A stretch of DNA of 64,000 bases. Source: Microbotryum violaceum. Lineage: Eukaryota. The stretch is from NCBI GenBank assembly GCA_001244265.2, contig CDLV01000005.1, positions 2,046,001 to 2,110,000 of the forward strand, given 5' to 3'. Positions 12,176 through 25,000 of this stretch are shown piece by piece. The stretch's first letter is position 1; every line of letters begins with the position of its first letter. Under the pieces are notes generated by a model. That model saw nothing but the letters and a program-made list of their open reading frames with translations. It did no database searches and had not been told where the DNA came from. The translations under genes were made by a program, and so were the position numbers.

Positions 12176-15100
12176 TGTTAGAAGTGGGGTCTGAGAGCCT
12201 AACTCATTGCTATTAGTCTTGGCTAATACTTTATTCTGCGCGCGCGCGCCTATCTTTGTCTTTGCGTCTTTTTTTCCCTTCTGGTTTTCTTCTCCACGCT
12301 ATTCTCATCATCTCACTCGTGTATCTCGGAGCTGAGTCGTGGAGTACCTCTTAGTCCTTGTTGCAACAGGTTATGAGCTCAACGGGCGAATCCGACTTCC
12401 CCAACGGGTCGGGCAATCGCTTGTATCTCAAGGACACACAAGGGTACAAGAGCTGGTCACAACGTGCGTTTATCAATCTTCGAGCCGACAAAGTATGGGA
12501 TGTCGTCAATCAATCCATCGACTCCCTTGTCGCGGACTATCGGTCCACGCTCGTTATCGCACATGCAACTGCGTCCGTCGCGCCAGTTGAACCAGCCTCC
12601 TCCGGCTTTAGCGGGCTTGGGGGGGGGGGCTCTGGTTCTGCGCGCGCACTCGGACGCCTCGCTCAGGCTCACCAGCGTTCAAGTTGCGGACAAGGTCGCG
12701 GAATATCGCGAACGGGCCATCCGCCGCAACGATTTGGCATGCAAGTACATCGTCAATTCGATCTCTGAGGAACAGATGTCTCACTTGATTCATCTTACCT
12801 CGGCGTACGAGATGTGGGACACCCTCCGTGGTCTGCACTCTCACGGTCGCCCGAGTCGCACTATGGACCTCCTCAACACTCTAGCGCAACCTTACTCTGG
12901 GATATTCCTTTTAAGGAATTCGTCAACAAGGTCAAGATCGCCATGACCGATTTTCAGAACCTCGGAGCTCCGCTTCCGCATTGGCTGTTTGCAGGCATGC
13001 TCGTTCGGTCGCTCCCAGCCCAGTATGACTCGATCGTTGGGAACCTTGCCTCCGACATCGACATCCACATGGATTGGAACACGTTCTATCCGAAACTCCT
13101 GATGAACGTCGAAATGGCTGATTCCCGAAACAAACAAAAGGAATCGTTATCCGCTCGGATCGTTGACGATACTAGCCTCGTCGCCCGTATTTCCACCACG
13201 GCACAAAAGGACTACTCCAAGTCGTATTGTTCGCGCTGCAAAGCACTGGGACACGAGCGTGGTTGGCGTCTCTGTCCAAGCAGGAACAAGGATGCGAGCG
13301 CTCCCGCTTCCTCGGACTCAAATTCGAACGCAGCTGCCATTGGTGTAGATGAATCTGCATTGATGACCTACACTTTCCCCTATTCGCGAACGATGCCACG
13401 TTTTCCATGGATCATTGACTCGGGTGCTAAGGTCCATTGCGTTGGAGACAAGTCGGTCCTATCGGACGTTGTCTCTGAGCCTCTCAAAATTTCTGTCGCC
13501 GATCAATCTCAAATCGAATCTCCCGGTCATGGCTCAGTGACGTTTCTTACCTCATATGGCGCTCGTATCACCATTAAGAGGGTCTAATACATGCCCGGTG
13601 CTCAATGCGGTTTTATCTCCATTGACCGTCTGTTGGAATCGATGACGTACGCTGTTGGTCCCCAAAGCAATCTCATTTTCAGCATCCGCGGCAAGTCGAT
13701 TCTGCGCTCGCTTCCTGGTCGGGGGTTTGTCATGGATGCAGCTCCCGTTCAGCCTATCATGTCATCCTCACCGCCTTCAATGGTCGGAGCCAATTGTCTC
13801 ACTGGAACCTGTACGTTGATGGAAGCACATCGGAAGTTGGGCCATCAATCTCCTGCGACGATCGTTTTGGCCGACAAATCCGGGGCTATCACTGGCATCA
13901 CTCTGAAGGACGAAAAGGTTACTCCTTGCTTCTCGTGCATCCAGGCCAAGTCAAAGCGATCACCCTTCTCCAACAAGAGTACCGAAGCGCCTCATGCACT
14001 CTACTGCGTCTTCATCGATCTTGGGTTTGTCGAACATCCCAATCACCATGGCGATACTATCTATCTCGCTATCGTGGATCAGTATTCGACGGCTAAATGG
14101 ACGATCGTGCTAAAGGACAAGAGGGCTGAGACGATTATCGAAGCATGGTCGAAATTTCAAGCCGAGTCCGAGCGTCAAACGGGTCAGAAGTTCAAGAGGG
14201 TCAGATCGGACAATGGTCGTGAATTCGACAACTCATTGTTCCGGGCTCTTCTTGAAAAGCAGGGCATCATCGTGGAATTCACGGCCCCCTATACTCCGGA
14301 GCAAAATGGTCAAGTAGAGCGACTCAATGGATCTCTCATGGGTCTCGTTCGATCAATGCTCCTCGACTCCGGTCTTCCCATGCGATTCTGGTCAGATGCT
14401 CTGGCCGTCGCGACATTTGTTCTCAATCGTCGACCACATCCTCGTATTCAAGGAAAAACGGCAATCGAAGTTCTTCTCGGCAAGAAGCCTAGTCTTGCTC
14501 ATCTTCAGCCATTCGGATCTACGGCGTTTGTCCACGTTCCCAAGGAGCGTCGCTCCAAGCTTGCACCTCGCTCCATTCAGGGAGTTTTCATCGGGTACTC
14601 CGGTGAATACAACTACCGTGTCTGGGTCCAATCGTCGAAACAGGTCTACGTTTTGCGTCACGTCACATTCCTTGAGACTCCTTCCGTCGTCACTTCGTCT
14701 CAAGATCGTGCGGACGCTTCTGATCCCATTCATCATTCACAACCTCCTCATCCTCCTCATCCTCCGCCAGATGTGTTGCCGTCTACACCAACTTCACCTG
14801 TTGTGGATCCAACTTTGCCGGATCCACAGCCGCCTCGGGTGGTTCCAATTGGAGTTGGTCAACAGGGGGGTATCTTGCAGTCGTTTCTCAAGAACCACTC
14901 GACGGTGAGGCGGAAGTCGCTCTCGCTCCTCGTGAAGGTTACGCCATCGTTCGCACTGGTCCAAATCCTGGCCAATTCGAGAATGTTGATCCTTCCAACA
15001 TCCTTCCTGCTGGTTCTCGTCGTCGACCTCAACCTCCGGAAAATATACTTCCCATCAATTCGGCTATCATGGTCAATGTCTTGGATACTCCACCCATGTT

Positions 15101-16908
15101 CCACAACAAGCTTTCCTACGATGCCTACTGTGCTGCCGTGTTCGCCGAAGAAGACATCGAGATACCTAAGACATTCGAGGAAGCCATGAAGTCACCCTAT
15201 CGCAACCATTCGAGTGCGGCAAAGGCCTCAGAACTTCTACAATTTGATCATCATGGAGTCTTTCAGGAAGTCAAGTGGCACGAAGGAATTCAGGTACTCG
15301 GCACGATCTGGGTCTACAGTATCAAGTGCGATGCAAACGGCAAAATCATTCGTTTCAAAGCTCGTCTCGTTGCTCAAGGATTTGCTCAACGCCCAGGCAT
15401 CGACTACCATGACACCTACGCTCCTGTCGCTCGTTCTTCGACGATTTTGTTCTTGATTGCTCTGGCTGCTGCTCAGGGCCTGTATCTCGAACAGTTCGAT
15501 TTCGACTGCGCCTTTCTCAACGGCAAGATGACCGAGGATGTCTATGTTCGATACCCAAAAGGATGGAATCGTCCTCAATCCCCTGGCAAGTGCCTCAAGC
15601 TTGTGGGTTCCATGTATGGCACCAAACAGGCGCCCCGTGAATGGTATCGAGCCGTCAACGATCTCGTGGTGTCTCGAGGCTACATGAGGGCAACTGCCGA
15701 TGCTTGCCTCTACATCAAACATTCGGGCACTTCGTTTGCTATCATCACTCTCTATGTTGACGACGGTCTCATCGCGTCCAACAATCAGTCCTTCTTGGAC
15801 TCCGAGCTCGGATCGCTTCACAAGGCCTTCCAGCTCAAGCGTCTCGGACCCGTCTCCTACTTCCTGGGCTTCGAAATTCATCGCACCAAAGATTACATCC
15901 TCGTTCACCAAAGCAAGTATGTCCGCACTATGCTCGAGAAGTTCGATTTCGCTTCTCCATCCAAGCGCCGTGCAATCACGCCCATGGACGATCGCCCCTC
16001 GCTTCGAATCGATGCTACTCCGTTTGCCGATGTGTCATTGTACCAATCGGCTGTGGGTTCCCTGCAGTACGCGTCCACTCGTTGTCGACCCGATATCGCG
16101 ATTGCTGTTCGTGCCGTTGCTCAAAAGAACTCCTGTCCAACTGTCGACGATTGGGCTGCGGTCAAGTGTATATTTTGCTACCTCAACAGCACCATCGATT
16201 TGGGAATTCTTTATCGAAACAGTTCCACAACTCGATTGATGGTCTACTCCGATGCCTCGTTTGCGGATGACCCGGAACCTCGCAGATTGGTGGGAGCCTA
16301 TGCATCAATGCTCACTGGCGGCGTTATCTCCTGGCAGTCGAAGCAACAATCTATGATCGCTACATCCACTACCGAAGCCGAAATCCTCTCTGCATCCTCA
16401 GCCACTCGTGAAGCAATCTGGCTCCGTCGTTTGGCTGGTGATGTCGGCATTCCACAAGCACAGCCTACTATCATTCAAGAGGACAACGCCGCATGCATCC
16501 AGATCGCCAAGGATCCGGTCGATCACATGCGAACCAAGCACTTCAACATTGCTCATTTGTTCGTTCGAGAACGGGTTGCTTCTGGCGAGGTCGAACTTGA
16601 ATACTGCCCTACCCACGTCAATGCCGCGGATATTATGACGAAGCCTTTGGGATTTCAGCGCTTTGATCAACTTCGTGCGCTACTTGGAATAGTCTCGTTA
16701 GTCTCTTTGACCGGTGGAGTGTTAGAAGTGGGGTCTGAGAGCCTAACTCATTGCTATTAGTCTTGGTTAGTACTTTATTCTGCGCGCGCGCCTATCTTTG
16801 TCTTTGCGTCTTTTTTCCTTCTGGGTTCCTTCTCCACGCTATTCTCATCATCTCACTCGTGTATCTCGGAGCTGAGTAGTGGAGTACCTCTTAGTCCTTG
16901 TTGCAACA
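12176..16908 (+). mobile_element. Ty1/Copia LTR retrotransposon 2, full length but degenerate
   Basis: TG...CA LTRs at 12176-12368 and 16720-16908 with several differences, TSD GGACG (12171-12175 and 16909-16913), PBS GGTTATGAGC at 12369. Confidence 0.97.
12373..16760 (+). pseudogene. Copia 2 gag-pol with frameshifts and an in-frame TAA
   Basis: CSRCKALGH, WIIDSGA, HRKLGH, RSDNGREF, LYVDD, VYSDASFA, ADIMTKPL. Breaks near 12620, 12900, 13585 (TAA) and about 14870. Confidence 0.95.
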
Positions 16909-18041
16909 GGACGAAGACCGCGACAATGAGGATGAAGACGGCGAGGAAGGGGACGAAGAGGATGGTGATGGCGAACGTACGCGTCTTCGGCTCTTTCTCT
17001 GATGTTCCATTCTGTTTAACGCGCAAGCACAGACTGACATTGAAATTTTGAACACCTAGGACAAAGGTCCAGTAAAGGGGTCGAGGTGGCGAGTCTCGCG
17101 TTCACAATTCTTTGCGCACTACTTGCCAAAGGCGACGAGTACTTCTCAATCCCGCATTGCACCCACGGTCCCTTCCTGGAATCTGTGATTTATGGATATA
17201 CTCCAAGTCGAGACCGATCGACTCTACACATCCGGTTGCATCAAGAGAACCTACACCTCACCACGACCCAAGGCATCAACGGCTTGGCCCCGAACCCAAT
17301 TGGACGTTCGATGACCTTGGGCTCGACGTTCAAGAATAGACCGCGCGACATCACGCAGCGATACCAGGATGCGATGGCGTGCGTTGTCAAACATGGAAAG
17401 CCTCCGCTGCTCATCACGATGACGTACGACCCCGACTCACCGGAAATTAAGGCTACACCGGGGCCGATAAAGCATGCAACCGTCCGGATCTCATTGCACG
17501 AGTGTTCGAAGCCAAGTCCGGCAACAAGCGACATGCAGGCTGTTTCGGCGATGAATGTAAGATGAATGGATTTTGTTTCTTTGCTGTACTTCGTGTTGTG
17601 TTTTCTTAACCTCTGCGCTGATATCATGTAGACTGTTCGAATATCCTGCTATTTTTTGAATTACATCCTCCCGTTAATTTAACGGGTTCCCACTGGTTAT
17701 GTGTAAGAAGAAAGAGAGAGTGGGGGGAAAGACCAGTGAGCGTGTGAAGCTCTGAGGAAAGGAGCTGCTTTCAGGGGCATTCGTGAGTTTGCCGGTGTAG
17801 CCCGTCAAACGACGAGCGCCTGCGAGTTTTGGCGCGGCCCCAGGGCTTTCGCCGAATGTTTGAATTTTCTCGAATAAGGGTGCTAACGATTGCAGGCCTA
17901 AGGAACACTACAGCTCACCCATGTAGTGATTATGCCATTACCGCATAAGTATTCTAGTCAGCAAGAAAAAAAGGTTTGCTCCACCCTATGATATTATTGC
18001 AAGCTACGCTTGCTGCCTCGTGACGATCGGCGTAAGGTTTA

Positions 18042-18480
18042 ACCGCTGACACGGGCGCGGAGCGGCACAGCGGGGAAGAACCCCGATGTAGCAACTACTG
18101 CATTGTCCGCCTCGTCTCACCCGCCAGAAGTACTATAGACCTGTACATACATCATACTACATTCCCCAGAGTGATACATCACATATTGCAAGAGATACAG
18201 GCCTCTACACTATGTGGTACCAAAGTTCCCATGAACGTGGTACAAAAATGACCTCGGATGTGATCCCAAAGTCCGCATCGATGGGATCCCAAAGTCCGCT
18301 CCGATGTGATCCCAAAGTCGCCTCCGATGTGGGACCAGAGTTGCCTCCCGTGTGGGACCAGAGTCGCCTCCGATGTGGGACCAGAGTCGCCTCCGATGTG
18401 GGACCAGAGTGCCTCCGATGTGGGACCAGAGTGCCTCGGACGTGGGCCCAAAAGCCGACCTTATGTGAGCCCAAAGTGAC
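18042..18480 (-). repeat. Right inverted-repeat arm with about 12 copies of the same 22-23 bp unit
   Basis: Tandem TCCGATGTGGGACCAGAGTCGCC units at about 18210-18480, plus a unique inner part matching 860-1045 in reverse. Confidence 0.9.
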
Positions 18481-18794
18481 AAGCGAGTAGAGCGGTTATG
18501 TGTGCGTGCTTTCATAATTTTCGTGCGCGGGTGTGTAGTCCCGAGGCCTCACCGCAGCGTTCACTCTCGGAAGAAGTGGTACTCGTCAGACAGTATGATT
18601 ATCGTCACCACAATACTGTACTATATAGGCATATAGCTTTTTAGATAAAACGGAGAACGGTCGTATAAGGTACACATCCCACAGATTAAGAAATCACACA
18701 CACAGTAACAACCCCGACCAACCCTGGGCCCAAGAAAACACCTACCAAAACCTGATCTAACAACACGAAATCGTGACGAACCTCCCCAAGGTGT

Positions 18795-21092
18795 CTATCG
18801 ACCGACGTACTTGAGCTCTAGGTAGCGGAACGCGGGGTAAACGACCGCGGCGAAACCACCCGAGAGCTCAAAGCCAATGTCGCCACTGCAAAAGGAAAGA
18901 AGGCAAATGTTGGCTTTCATGCTTTGATTGGGTCTTTCCAAGACAGTTGTCATCAATCTCGACTTACCCGAAGGGAGGAGGGCCGATCATCTTGCCGATG
19001 GGACCGACATACCATGTCTGGGACATGCCAACAACGGCGCCGGCGATACCGAAGCAGATCGCACCAATAGCCGCGAGACCGATGGGAAGCTTTGACGGGG
19101 TGTTGTACGCATCGAGATCGTAACCCCTGGCGAACGAGCCCTTGCGGAAGATGTAGTGTTCCTCGAGCAGGACGACGCTGTAGATGATGAGCCAGTACGC
19201 GAGGATGACCAAGAGCGTGTCGAGCACCGATTCAAAGCTGTTCCTCCCGCCGATCGCCAAGCCAATGTAAATGACCGTGCCGATAATGACCAAGAACATG
19301 CGTGGGATCGACTGCGCGACCTTGCCGAACGCTTGGAACGTCAGAGCGAACGAGTACATGTTGGGGATGTTGTTGGCGATGATCGACAGGCCGAGGATAA
19401 CAAGCAAGAAGCGGCCAAAGCCGCCCATGGGACCGACGAGAGGGGCACCGAGCAGGCCACCGAGGTGGTGCGAGTTGTAAGCATCCTCCCATGTCGACTT
19501 TTGCTTAAAAGTAGCCATCATGATCGCGCCGAGGCATTCGACAAAGATCAAGGGGAGGTTGAGACCCATATAGGTCCAGGCAAAGACCTTGGTGTTGGAC
19601 GTTTCGGCGGGCAGGTTGACGGTGTAATCACTCGCGAGCGAAGTCCACCCGAAGGCGAAACCTGCGATCGTAGCACCGAACGAAAGAACCGAGGCCGCCG
19701 TCGCAGCGCCGGGAGGGCCCATGGCGGCCGTAACGTGCGGAGCAGCTTGACCGAGCATAATGACAAAGATGATGACAACGGGGATCGAAGCGTAGCGCTC
19801 AAATGTGTGGACGATCTTGTACCCGAAGAGAGCGACAAAAAGGGTCACACCGGCGATAATAACGATACCGGCGACGACAGGGAGGTTGTGCGTATCGGAA
19901 ACGGCGGCGAGGGCTTGACCACCTGAATTGGGGTGTGCCAAGTGTGCAGGAAGCGGATCAGTGACCTGCAATTCTATCAGAAGCGGAAGATGCTTTCGAC
20001 TTACCGACGATGGTGTTGACGACACTCCATCCGATGCACGCGATGCAGTTGAGAATGATGGGAATGTAGATACCAATAGTACCGAAGGAGTAGCGACCGA
20101 CGATCATCTGGCGCAAACCGGTCGATTTGCCCCAGGTCGAGAAGATGGCGACCGGTATCGTGCAGAGCAGGTTGAAGAAAAGGATGGTCAAGCAGGCGTC
20201 GGTGAGTTCCAAGTACCAGATCGAGTTGCCGAGTGTGCCAAGAGAAAAGGTCGAGATGGTCATGTTCGCCGAGGCCCACAGAGCGCCGGCGTCGGAGGGC
20301 CGTGCGTGGTGTCGCTCGTCCTCGGGACGCGCTCAACACCTCGAACTTCGACACCGAAAGAGTCGGCCCACAGAACAGCGGCCCACATCTGAAGGTACCA
20401 TGATGATTATTGAGGTTCGCATAATTGAGGGGCGAGGGCGCGATACGGAGGAGAAGGGTAAAGGACAGCAGTCGAGGAACACAAGGAAAATTAAAAGAAG
20501 CGTCAGCAGTCCGCGTCAAAATTGCGGAGTTGATTGAGATTCGCTTTCCGAGGTCCAGATGGAAGACCAGGTCGGGTGAGGGGGCCCGAATGCGTTTCGT
20601 GAATAATCTGGAGTGGTATGCTCTCGGATCGTCGAGGCTGCGTCATCCTCCCACTCCCTGAAATTTGCGCGATAAGCCGTGCTCCCGGACCAATGCAAGG
20701 AAGCCTATTCGGGTACCGACCAGCCTATGCCCACGCCGCGGCCGCGCGCGCGCTCTCTCGGGCGTGGGGCGACAAGTCAGGCGTCCGCGTGACAGAAATA
20801 GCCGAATTGGCTGCCCAGGCCGCAGATTGCGGCTGTGGCGCGTGGATCGGGTAGGAATGCGGAATCGTTCGGGGCAGAACGCGCTCGATGCGAGAGGTGT
20901 ACGACTAGCAGCGAAGCGATGATCACGGAAAAAGTTGGGGCAGGAACGTACCTTGCCGAGAATGCCACCGTCTCGCTTGACACCATCATCTGCTGCGACG
21001 ATTTGCACCTTGGGCGACGTCGCATTGGTGTGGCCAGTGACGCCCTTCTCCTCGTCTGCGAACTTGAGCGAGCCTTCAGAACCGGTCGACAT
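18795..21092 (-). CDS. Purine-cytosine permease (NCS1, Fcy2/Tpn1-like), multi-exon, with an apparent 1-bp frameshift near 20324
   Basis: GVEVRGVERVP, WASANMT, GLRQM..RYSFG, ASDYTV, NNIPNMYS and GDIGFELSG motifs, many TM segments, GT-AG introns, stop TAG at 18797-18795. Confidence 0.9.
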
Positions 21093-22071
21093 GGAGACGG
21101 TGGGAGGAAGGATGACGAGAGGAGGCGGCCGAAAGCAGGGCCAGATGCCTAAAAAGAGTGGAAGAAGCGAAGGGGTTCGAGCTGTTGAGGTGATAGAGGA
21201 GAGATAAAGAGTGCGAGGGGCGAGAGATAGCGAACTTCCAGAAAAAAGAGGGGGGGAAAGAAACTCGGCGTGGGAGCGCGTGCACCCTGGGCAGTAGAAA
21301 AAGATTCGTCTAGAATCGGCGGCACCCCCGGTCAACGGCGTGTGATTGCCCGAACGGGCGGCAGGGGCAACCACGAATCGTCGTACAACCCCGCATTATG
21401 ATCGACTTATCAGCCCTTGATTCACATACGAATTTCTTGTCGGAGTCCGTTTTGACGAGCCCGCGGACCCGACTGGCGGAACCCGCGAGCAATGGGTTTC
21501 TGACGCGCTTCACCCGGAACCCGGCCGGAACCCGGGTCCAGATAAGCATTCAACCAATCAAAGTCACGCGACCACCCCACGATGTAAGGCATCGCTGGGG
21601 CGATCGAAGACAAACGCAACGGAATCGCAAATCAACCTGCTCCAAGAGCTGATCAGGTGTTCGACATTAGGCATACAGCCGCTTTGTCCGCTCGTCTCTA
21701 GTCACAAAACTCCGCGCCCGCGCGCTCGGCCGGGCCGGGCGAGTGGCGGCCGGAGCCCCTGATCCCACCAGCAGGATCCGCTGATCCCGCGTCTCTCCGC
21801 TTTCTTTCGCTCGCTGCAGCTCGCTCTGGTGGGCAGGTGCCTTGACGGACGACTTGACTTTCTACAACATTAAACGACTACCTACGTTTCGGACGTACTA
21901 CCCAAGCTTGCAACTTGCACTGCGTACTTACTACCTGCGATACTTCTGACCCTACTGCCCTACTGCTGACCCTTTTGAGATCCCAAAGCCCCACAGAAGG
22001 ATCCCCACATCCTGTCCCGCACCACCTATCACGCCACAAGTCCCTGCTATGCAACCTCATACTAGTATTGC

Positions 22072-25000
22072 TCAGCTCGAATCATCATCCGCCGGTTCAC
22101 CTCGTCTCGCCCGAACTCGTTTCTCTTTGTTCTTTTGCATCAGTTCCTCCGGCGTCCGGCGAGGCGCAAACCCCGCGAGCAGGGTGGAATGCGGCCGAAC
22201 GAGCACGACCCATCCATGTTGCCCTGTTGATGACGAGATAAAAACGATCCGAGACGATCAGCAAGGTCACGACGGGTTTCGTGGCAAGATCATGTGGGCA
22301 TGACGCTCACGTTCGACGGGCAAGTACACGGATCGGTGGGGAGGGAACCACTCGGCCTTCGCAGTCGGGTCCTCCTTGAGGTAATCGTCGAGCAGCTTGA
22401 ACCCCCGTTTCTGTGAGTCGTAAGCAAGAGAAGACGGGTAAGTAGCTGCGACATGGTATCGAATGGGGAAGAAATAGAGGACCTGCCTTTTCAAGATGAT
22501 TCATCATGCGAGATTCGCGCTTGAAGAACACTGCAAACGCACGTGGTGGATGTGTTAGCTCCACTTATGGTTGGAAATTCAATCATCACGACCCTTGCGA
22601 TACGCACTCATAGTCCAAGTCCTGGCGAGGGGTGGAACAGCCTCCAAACTGCAAGCCTTTCGCTCTACATTCATCTCAAGCCTGTCCTTCTCGACGCGCT
22701 GCAGCAGATGCTGAATGAGAATCGACGTTGCGTCGTACGTCTCACCCGTAGACCACGGCACCACGACCGAGAGTAGCAACGAGGCCGTAAAAATGTCCCA
22801 CTCGGCCAAGATGAAGCCGACGACTTCCTTGCCTTCCCTGAGCACGACGCGGGGTCGACCGTCCCGCGACTGTTCGGGAGGGGCAACGCTCTTGGAGCTC
22901 TTTCTCGGGTTCGGTGCGCATGAGCGCATGCACAGGTATCGCCGCGCGTTTTGTGTCGCCTCGACGTCAACTTTGAGCCCGGGATTGATGATCCGCCATC
23001 CTTGGGTAGCCATCGTCACGACTTCGTCGAACGTCTTGGCGATCGAGGACTGCTGCTCGATCACTTCCGGAATCGCGATGTTGCCGAGCAAGGTGTTAGA
23101 AAAAATGCGTTGACCAATCTCGGACAACTCTTCAGCTTCGTAACTGGGAATATCACGGACTGCCACCACGTCACTGTATTCAAGAAAAAGAAAGGGGTCA
23201 GGCTGCCCGCTGTCAAAAGACCAGACGCCTTTTTGACTCACTACAGCATATCCGACATCGCGCCCAAGCGCAGATGAGAGAGCGTGCACGTTTTACGGTT
23301 CCCGACAAAGAGTTGCTTGCACCTCCACTTGCCGACGCCGAGCCGCAGCCCGCCTCCACCGCCGCAGTCAGCTGTCCAAATTCCGTGAGAGGTGGTAAGC
23401 TCAGCCCATTCAGGGATTAAAAAGCGCCAGATAGCTGAACTCACAGCACCGTTGATACATCGAGTCACAATGGGAACACACGACTTCGACGTGAAAGTCG
23501 ATGCGCTGCTTCTGATCGTTCGCAACTACTGCCCCTGAGGCGATGTCGCGCAAGCAGACGTCGCAACTCGTCGTTTCGAGATCGTCGCGCTTGTGCCGCT
23601 TGCGGAATGAAGCGCTGACTTTGATGGGGGGCTCGGCAGGCGGCTCGTTCATGATCGGTTGTCCGAACGTGTCTATCTTCACTGATGCTGAGGAAGCTGG
23701 CGAAGGGTCGGCAGAAGAGGGGGAAGATACTGCGGCCGTCGGCGGGGTCTGGGTCGCGGCCAGATGGTCAGTCTCGTCTACTAGCGATGGTGAGCCATTC
23801 GAGGAATAGGCCTCGTTGCTGCAATTGATGCACGTGTACGCCGCCCGGTGGGGAACGTTGAGCTCCGATTCTGAGCCGCGGCAGATGATGCGAGCGACGG
23901 GCCGTGTGCATACCAAGCAAAAGACGGAGATCTCCGACGTGAGCCGCTTGGCCCCCTTCCGTCCCGACGGCGCGAGCACGACGACAGAGGTCAAATTGCC
24001 TCCGCCCTCATGCTCGTCCGTCTTTTCCTTCATCTTAAGCGGAATCGCCCGCAAGTCCGTCTTGGACTTCTTGGCGAGGTCGATGGTGGTGGCTGCGGGG
24101 GGCCAAGGGCCGGCATCGCCCTTGCTCGGCCGCGGCGCTATCTCTCCGGCGGCGATCTCGACCGCATCCGGAAGCGCACCGGCCGTCTGGTTAGTCTGAT
24201 AAGGCGTTTGATCGTTGGAGGTGGTCGAGGTAGGTGACGGGAGGAGGGAGCTAGGCGAGTTGGAGTCAGTTTCGGTGGGGCGTCGGTGCGATTGCTGCAC
24301 GCGACCACCGTTTTCATCGACGTAATTGACGGCGCCTCGACCGCTTTCGCCGGAGGAGGCCCCTCGGGCCATCAAGGACTGCACCCGAGGGAGGACGTCA
24401 GCGATTACTCGAGATGAAACATGCTTGAGGCGTGCGTTCGGCGGCAATGAGGCGCGAGCACATCTTTGACAGGCACGAACAGAAATCAGGTCAGGCGACT
24501 CACCGCGAGGTCGACACGGCCCGACGGGTGTTCCATCGCGTCGTAGGGACCGAGGTACCCATTCGTACCGTTCAAGGCAGCTTCGGATGCGCCATTCACA
24601 TGCTTCAGCGGATACTCGACCAAAGCTGGCGGGGGATCCCACTCGTGTAGAGGGGTCGTGTGCGACGGTGCCGGCGCGCGGAAGTGATCGAGCGTCGACG
24701 ACGAGTCGATGAGGGGCCGACCGTGCCCGTTTGTGTAGGCTTCGGAGTCGTAGTGAGGTGGCATGACCCGCACGTGTTCGTGCGGGGTTTCGGACGTCTC
24801 GGAGGCAAGAGGCGGTGATGTCTCATAGCGGCCCAACGTGAAGAGATGACGCCGCGGGTCCGAATGCGGTTCCGACGGGTGCCCCAGCAAGCCCTGCTGC
24901 TGTTGCTCTCGCTGCTGCTGGCGCTGGTAATGAATCCAATCATTTGGGTCGTTGAACTGGCTCGGGTGATTACTCGGAGCGACCTGAGGGACCCCTGTCG

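Larger units (their letters stand above)
11850..17696 (+). mobile_element. Helitron remnant (RepHel fragments plus 3' terminus), split by Copia 2
   Basis: RepHel-like peptides RYPTLFAAEE..HLNTP (about 12000), RVSRSQFFAHYL (about 17090) and QRYQDAMACVVKHGKPPLLITMT (about 17355-17425). Hairpin CCCGTTAA-T-TTAACGGG (17670-17686) followed by CTGG|T (17693-17696). Left boundary approximate. Confidence 0.75.
723..18480 (-). mobile_element. Decayed Mutator-like (MULE) DNA transposon with long foldback-type inverted repeats and nested insertions
   Basis: Imperfect inverted repeats at 723-1045 and 18042-18480 bracket a MULE DDE transposase gene. Exact termini and TSD are not resolved, and assigning the repeats to the MULE is inference. 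Confidence 0.6.

Noticed and set aside
18210-18480. 22-23 bp repeats, and the repeated LINE tails, as a CRISPR-like array
   Set aside because: The units are directly tandem with no unique spacers, there are no cas genes, and the context is eukaryotic.
713-18490. GCGAATAG (713-720) and GCGAGTAG (18483-18490) as the MULE target-site duplication
   Set aside because: Only a 7/8 match, and the adjacent termini are not exact inverted matches, so it could be chance.
20389-20951. TPP riboswitch in the permease intron
   Set aside because: I found no CTGAGA or ACYTGAT...GGNTAAT core on the sense strand.
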